In this document: in pieces, positions 57,107 to 64,000 of the stretch
Position numbering within the stretch: position 1 is the stretch's first letter
How the letters are laid out: every line of letters starts with the position of its first letter
Source of the DNA: the human T2T-CHM13v2.0 reference genome, Homo sapiens
Length of the DNA: 64,000 nt
Reading direction: 5' to 3' (one strand)
NCBI RefSeq assembly: GCF_009914755.1
Contig: NC_060926.1
Translations under genes and position numbers: made by a program
The notes under the pieces: model-generated
Told to the model about the DNA's origin: nothing
Databases searched by the model: none
Seen by the model: only the letters and a program-made list of their open reading frames with translations

Positions 57107-59153
57107 GTCAGCTTTGCTGCAGTTTCTGTAGCACTGGAATATGACAGTTTTTAATACAGAAAGTCTTGTCTAAAAATTAATTTTAGTGCAGTTTTAGTCA
57201 ATGAATAAAATGTGCTTATTCTATTCTTTCATAGACAAAATAACAAAATGAATAGAAAACTAATATTTTGCTTTAAGATAATAGCCTAATTAGCTCATAG
57301 CTATTTCCACTTTTCAAGTTGGAAATGTTTAACTGATTAATGACTTGCTAAATGTGCCTCTGGGTTTCCAAAATGCAATAATTATTTTGATAACTCATAA
57401 ATAAGTCGTCTAAAATTATACAGCATAAGGAAACATTTTTGCATGCACATTCCCTTGCTTTAAAATTAACTGGAAGTTTTGAGAATCATCATTCTCCTTG
57501 ACTGCATCAGTTTATTCAGTAAAATTATGCTTCCTTCTTCGAATAGCCAATGCTTTTGATTTCAGTAACATATATTCCAGCTTTATAGAGAGCACAAACT
57601 TTTTAATTAAAAACATTCTGGAAGCAAACTTAAATTTGAATGTTAGTAGATTTAATGTTAGTAGGTTTCTTAATGTTTAGAAAGATCTAGAACTTAAAGG
57701 TTACTCACAGTTGCTTAGAAATTGGGTTGTTTCCTTCTCTTCTTTCCTGAAATACTTTGTCATTAAAACAATCCTGAGTACCAATTTAGCCATAAATTAG
57801 GTGACTTGAAATTAGATTTGCAAGTTAACCTTAAAAAAATACTGTAACATATGCCATTATTAAAAAGTTTTCTAAAATAAAAAAAGTCAAGATCTATCAC
57901 ATATTCCACTTGTTAGAGTAGTATTGGATAATATAAAAAACAAACAACTAAAGGAATTTGGGTGTCTTAAAAGTTTATTCTAATGAGACTGTGACCTGTA
58001 TGCCTTAATGTATTTATTGCCCAACCCAAAACAACAACATAAAAAGGTGCTATAATGTAAAAAAGTTAGCATTTTCTATTTACAGACAATTTTCAAAGTA
58101 GGAATCTAGGTCAGTTTCACCTTTTCTCTATACTGTATTCCTGCCTCCAATGACCAAACCTGAAAAAATATGTTTCTTCTAAGAAAAAAATTCTCATAAC
58201 TCCTTTTTAGTTTTTATAACTGCAGTATTTTCTTCATCTATAAAATTTTACTGAGTGTGTGCTTCTTACCTTTACATTACCAAATTCTTGTTTATTCTTC
58301 TTCCACATTGGTATCCCACTTACTTCTTCTTTCAAAGCCTCATTTCTCTGTGTTCCTTAGCATTTATATAACCAAATTTCAGTCTGATTATCAGGAACAA
58401 ACCATTCAAGGATTCCTAGAACTCAATACTGCTAACACTTTTTTTTTTCAATGACATGCATTGCTTGGATTTTAATATTTTTTTATGTTTTTTGTGCATT
58501 GCTGTTTTTAATCCAAAGTGTATAACCTATAGGTCAATTCCCCTGTTCTCTATTTTCTGTGTCTCAAAAAAAAAAAAACAAACAAAACAAAACCCAAAAC
58601 AAAAGAAAAAAAAAAAACAAGAAACAAGGACTTTTGAAAATCTGTGCAATTAAACCCAATGAAAAAATTTGCCCCAGATGGAATGCTCATGCGCTTTTCA
58701 TCTGGATGGTAGCTGCGTTTCTACTGAGTTTTCCTCAAGCAAAGAAAGGTTGAGAGAGGAGGCACATAGGGCAGGGCGTGAAAATATATATGGTTCATTC
58801 TTGATCATTCTGGATATTAGTAATTCCCCCAAACTTGAATTTCCCCTACTCCATTAAAACAGTTATTCTTATTTAATGGATGTCAAAATGACTTCCTTTT
58901 TAACATTTATTAAATCTCAGTATATAGCACTGGTTAAATTTAATGCATTGAGAAATGTAGAAATCTCTGTTAAAACTTCTCAAATCCTATGGGGTATGTG
59001 GAAACAACATTTTGAAAAAAAAGATTCTAGAATCATGATGCTATGTCACAGTTAGAAGATTCTTCTGAGAAGGATCATCTGATGTCACCCCCTCTAATTT
59101 TGAGTGATCCAGTTTCTTTGCTTTTTATGCTTGTATCTATTCTTCCATCGTAG

Positions 59154-59269
59154 ACTGACCTGGTCATTTCTTTGGAGTGTTTTTTGGTTGATTCAAATCA
59201 GTGTCTGCATCTCCAGAGTATTCATAGCAACACATTTTCCTCATCAAGTTATTCTTGGAGTAATTGGTG
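59154..59269 (+). CDS. G6PC2: G6PC2 exon 4 (LTWSFLW...SRVFIATHFPHQVILGVIG)
   Basis: AG acceptor; weak GTAAAT donor; SRxxxxxH catalytic motif. Confidence 0.98.
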
Positions 59270-60057
59270 GTAAATATGATCACTTACCTTTAGCTGTGTC
59301 CTTTGAAAGCTTTAGTTTCATTATGTTTAAGGGTATCAGATTGTCCCCGGTAATCAACTTTCCAATTTCAGAGGTAATTCTGTGAAGTCACTGATACTAA
59401 ATGCTACCCCGGGAGCTGACGTGGTACAACACACCTCTCATAGCCTCCATGTACAAAGTGGCACAATCTCAGTGGCGTAAATGCACAATTGCTTCATGAG
59501 GTAGGCTTTTCTGAAGTGAAATTAGAGCTAAGTCTAACTCCCAAACCATCACTTCAGACAGTGTGCTTGTGTCTTGCGTGAGGGAACTTAATGACTCTGA
59601 GCCCTGCACACTGTGCCATTCTCTCTGAAACATGTGAAGTGACTATTACATGATTACGGACTCCATTTAGTAGCTGCTTTGTATTCCTGAAGCAGTGTTC
59701 ACCATGACTCAGTTTCCATTGTTCAGCACCACCTTACCTTTCAAAGGCTAATTGGCTATGGCAATTGAAATGTTAATTGCAAGTACCTAGATCAGTGCTC
59801 TGTCTAAAAAGCGGGTTGTCAGTCAGTGCCACCAACTCCAGAACGATCCTTCTGGACTAGTATGAATAATGAAAACACCGTGGGCAAACCTGCATTTTTA
59901 GTTACTGCCTAAAAAAGGCTTTGGAAAATGGATAGAACCTCTGTGTCTAATGCCCTTTGTCATTGAAAACTGTGGCAAATCTTTAATGCAGAGAGGAATG
60001 ATCCTCGAGGGGCTCAAGGGCACACAGTCATTGTCAGTGTCTCTTTCCAATCCTCAG

Positions 60058-60569
60058 GCATGCTGGTGGCAGAGGCCTTTGAACACACTCCAGGCATCCA
60101 AACGGCCAGTCTGGGCACATACCTGAAGACCAACCTCTTTCTCTTCCTGTTTGCAGTTGGCTTTTACCTGCTTCTTAGGGTGCTCAACATTGACCTGCTG
60201 TGGTCCGTGCCCATAGCCAAAAAGTGGTGTGCTAACCCCGACTGGATCCACATTGACACCACGCCTTTTGCTGGACTCGTGAGAAACCTTGGGGTCCTCT
60301 TTGGCTTGGGCTTTGCAATCAACTCAGAGATGTTCCTCCTGAGCTGCCGAGGGGGAAATAACTACACACTGAGCTTCCGGTTGCTCTGTGCCTTGACCTC
60401 ATTGACAATACTGCAGCTCTACCATTTCCTCCAGATCCCGACTCACGAAGAGCATTTATTTTATGTGCTGTCTTTTTGTAAAAGTGCATCCATTCCCCTA
60501 ACTGTGGTTGCTTTCATTCCCTACTCTGTTCATATGTTAATGAAACAAAGCGGAAAGAAGAGTCAGTAG
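60058..60569 (+). CDS. G6PC2: G6PC2 exon 5 coding part (...KKSQ*)
   Basis: Acceptor cctcag|G; ER-retention KKxx; spliced CDS 1068 nt = 355 aa. Confidence 0.98.
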
Positions 60570-61194
60570 AGTGGTGCCTAGAGTTAGTGCTCTGTGTCAC
60601 AGATCACCCTTCTCCATCCACCAGTAGAGCCACAGAGTAGGCACAGACCAGAGGCTTCTAATCCGACTTCACAGAATAGCGGCACAGGCCCCATTCCCCA
60701 TAGAGATGTTTAGTTTGGCCTTCGCACTGGTCTTTTTTTTTAATCCTTCAGTTACCAATATTTAGATACAAGAATATTTGACATAAAAATCGGAAGTTCT
60801 GTATTTCTTGAAAAATCTGATAGTATGACAACACAGAGCCTGCATCCCCAGCTGGAGACAACTGACCAGAGCTGCATACTAACAGTCCCCAGTAGGAGGC
60901 AAGGACTCCATTTTCTCACAGTCTTCAGCATCCCAGCAGGAGCCCCACTATGATTCCTTTATCTTCTTAAGGCCAGGCTGCATCTGATTCCTGTTGACAT
61001 TTTAGTGGGGACCACAGCCATATCCAGTTTCAGTTTTCAGATGAGGAAATGGAAGCCTATTTAGGTAAAAGAACTTGCCTGGAGTCACGCCACCTTCAGA
61101 GCAGGAATTAGAACCCAAGGCTTCTGACACATATCCCCATTACACTGTGTGTTTGAGTGTGCACACATGCACATGCTTTTTGTTTGTATGTTTC

Positions 61195-61485
61195 CTTTTT
61201 AGAACCAGGGACTTGCTCTGTTGCCCAGGCTGGAGTGCAGTGGTGGATAGCGGCTCACTGCAGCCTCAAACTCCTGGCTCAAATGATCCTCCCTCCTCAG
61301 CCTCCCATTAGCTAAGACTACAGGTGTGCACCACCATGCCTGGCTAATTTTTGAATATTTTTTAGAGCCAGCTTCTTACTATATTTGCCCAGGCTGGTCT
61401 TGAACTCCTGGCCTCAAGGAGTTCCCTTGAGGATGTTCCACCCATGTCAGCCTCCCACAGTGCTGGGATTGCAGGCTTGAGCCAT
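61195..61485 (-). mobile_element. AluJ in the G6PC2 3' UTR
   Basis: Antisense dimeric Alu. Confidence 0.9.
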
Positions 61486-62469
61486 TGTATTAATAGTTGG
61501 CCTACACTGTCTTTTGTTTCTTCATTTACAAGAGGTAAAAATCAGTAAGAATGAATGCTTTCATTTAGATTCTATGATGACTGCCATATAAATCAGCTAC
61601 CTTTTCAGAAATGACATTGAAATACTGCATCCTCTTTGACTTATACCCCACACATACATGCAGGGTCTAGGTGGGACCAACAGTGGCTCCAGATGTATAT
61701 ACACACGGGTCCAGGGACAACAGAACAGGCCAGGCTACAGTATGGACTTGAACCTCTGCTTCACTTCTGGTCTCTGTTTTACAGTAGTGCTCACCAATAT
61801 TTCAATAAATTCTACTGAACTTACTCTAATAGAACATTATTCAACCCCCAAAGACTTATCTCTTCACTATGACATCTCCATACTTTATTTTTAGGAGACA
61901 GACTTTCAAAACCAGAGAAATCAGGTGCCTTCCTCAAGGTCATGCTCCAACCCAGGCCAACTATTAAATGCTTGCATCTGTTAGCTGGATTAGTCTCTAT
62001 GTATACTGAACTGTGATGAAAATCTATAGCTTTGTTTTAGAAAATTATTGTTGATGGACTATTAATATTATATTAACAATTTCTCAGTAAGTGTGTTTTT
62101 TCCTCATTGAATCTAGGAATGCTGGGCTTTAAGTTGATAACTGTGTCATTTCAATCAAGTACAAGGATTTTGAGGCAGATTTTGCTAGATATCTTAGTAA
62201 TCCCCCACAATGTTTTATGTAACTCTTCTCAGAATATCAATACATTAATTATTTTAGATGACATATTAAATAATCTATGAATATTAATGAAAACAATACA
62301 GTTGAAGTGAGTGTTGTTTAACATGATAGTAGCTGAGGATAACAAACCTCAAAAAATCAAAGTATTAATTACTCCTTTCCAAGTATATGTATAGAGCATG
62401 TGTCATTGCTTTTATAAAACGCACTTAATAGCTTTCTTTCTAAAAGGCAACTGAACTTTCTAAAAGGTA

Positions 62470-62475
62470 AATAAA
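62470..62475 (+). terminator. G6PC2: Distal G6PC2 AATAAA (alternative at 61804-61809)
   Basis: Canonical hexamer followed by GU-rich sequence. Confidence 0.6.
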
Positions 62476-63780
62476 CTGAACTTGATATTAGTGGTTCGGT
62501 GATTCCAAAGCAAAAAGCTGAGGGATTAAGAAAGAATAGTTTAAGAATGAAATTTGTCTCATGTTGCTGGGACATTTGGGATGAAAGAAGTAGAGAAGAA
62601 TGATTCTTCAGGTGATGACCGTTGCTCATTGGTTCAGTCCCACCCTATGTCCCACCATGCTGTACCTTTAGATGCCTTCACATTTCATGATACATTTGTG
62701 TCATTACATCTTCCACACATCAGAGATCTCATTCCTGTCTAAAAGCCCTTTGCCAAATTTCACATAAGATAATGTTAGTCTTGAAGGATTCTGGTACATC
62801 CCCTTCATCCTAGTACAATCTCAGCCTGCTTTCAGCAAGGCCTGAGGAAACCGGCATTAATAGCCAGGGAATTCTGCAGCAATGATTGACTCTACCATAA
62901 ATCCGTTCTCCGTTTCCATGGAGAAAGCTATCTTCAGCCACCCCATGGTGCTGTCTGTTGGGCAACACATTACCCTCAGAGGGGACTGGGATGAAGTGTG
63001 GGCTTGTTTTCTATAATTAATCCCCAAGAACTCTGCCCCTATCTTCCATAAAAACCCCAGAGTCCCCATGGGAGTAGATTTCCCTCTTTATTCTAGTTGA
63101 AGTCTCCTGGAGGGATCCATATGGTGGTAAATTGTTTTTGCAATTGAAACGCCTTAGGCAGCAAGAGGAATCGTTTTTCACAGCCTTGGAGAAAATGCCT
63201 GCCCTTAATAATGATGGAAAAGACTCTTCTGTTTCCAATTTATTTGTCAGAAGTAAGTGGAATTGAGCTCATTAAATACTGTTACTATAACCATATATTC
63301 AAAATGTCTACCTATCTACATATTCAGGAGAAAAATGTCAATACCATGAGCTTTTAGGATGAGAAAATCTAGACAAGAAAATCTGACTCAAGAGAAAATC
63401 TGACTCAAGAAACTGTCCAATCAAACCTACATTTGGAAAAAAAATACAAAATAATTTATTATTGCTGAAACTAGCTATCAGGAAGAATATTAGTTCCTTT
63501 CCTTTGACAACCTATTGATTGGACATCTGCCTAAGAAGGTTAAGTTGGTGCCTTCTTTAGACATATTTCATTATAAAACAGATGGTGATTAAAAGAATTG
63601 TTATAAGATGTCCTTGAAACTAAAAGTCAAATGTTGAAATGCTTTACATTTTTTCAAAATTTTTAAATAAATTCAAGATCAAATTGGTACATACATACAA
63701 AAATCTTGGTTTAAGAAAAAGTCAAGTGACTTGGTTCTAAAAATGAGATTCTTTTCTTAAGTATTTTAAAACTGTATATT

Positions 63781-63908
63781 CCAGCACTCTTCAATTGAAC
63801 TTTTACAGTGATGGAGATGTTCTCTATCTGTGCTGTCCAATATAGTAGCCACTGGCCACAGATGTTTATTGAGCTCTTGAAATGTAGCTGATGCAACTGA
63901 GGAAGTGC
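63781..63908 (+). mobile_element. MER3 (hAT-Charlie) interrupted by an Alu
   Basis: gttctctatctgtgctgtccaatatagtagccactggccac. Confidence 0.75.
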
Positions 63909-64000
63909 ATTTTTTTTTTTTTTGAGACGGAGTCTCGCTCTGTTGCCCAGGCTGGAGTGCAGTGGCGCGATCTCGGTTCACTGCAAGCTCTGCCTCCTGG
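63909..64000 (-). mobile_element. AluY 3' end, truncated by window edge
   Basis: poly-T then gagacggagtctcgctc...ctgcaagctc. Confidence 0.9.

Noticed and set aside
62857-63238. Two minus-strand ORFs downstream of G6PC2 (possible pseudogene)
   Set aside because: No recognisable homology, splice structure or polyA/TSD; cannot be supported without a search

Overview
Human (or near-identical primate) DNA from the chr2 NOSTRIN-SPC25-G6PC2 locus. It contains the last coding exon of NOSTRIN (+, SH3 C-terminus), the complete SPC25 gene (-, 7 exons, 224 aa, G2/M-type promoter) and the complete G6PC2/IGRP gene (+, 5 exons, 355 aa), plus dense Alu, L1, Tigger, MITE and LTR repeats. The most unusual structure is at 963-23846. 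A full-length L1PA4-like element with an 11-bp TSD sits antisense 48 nt past the SPC25 stop codon, so it likely supplies the 3' UTR and polyA signal. About 17.0 kb away in the same orientation is a rearranged, internally duplicated L1. The copies share many non-consensus substitutions, which suggests gene conversion, and they bracket a ~17-kb segment that I recall being absent from the primary reference (probable L1-L1 NAHR indel next to the fasting-glucose locus). Also noted: a cryptic in-frame splice acceptor in G6PC2 exon 5 whose AG overlaps the Val219 codon, a tail-less nested AluY, a 48-bp duplication with templated filler upstream of G6PC2, and an intact MADE1 hairpin. Repeat subfamily names, consensus comparisons and SNP identities are from memory and were not computed or looked up.
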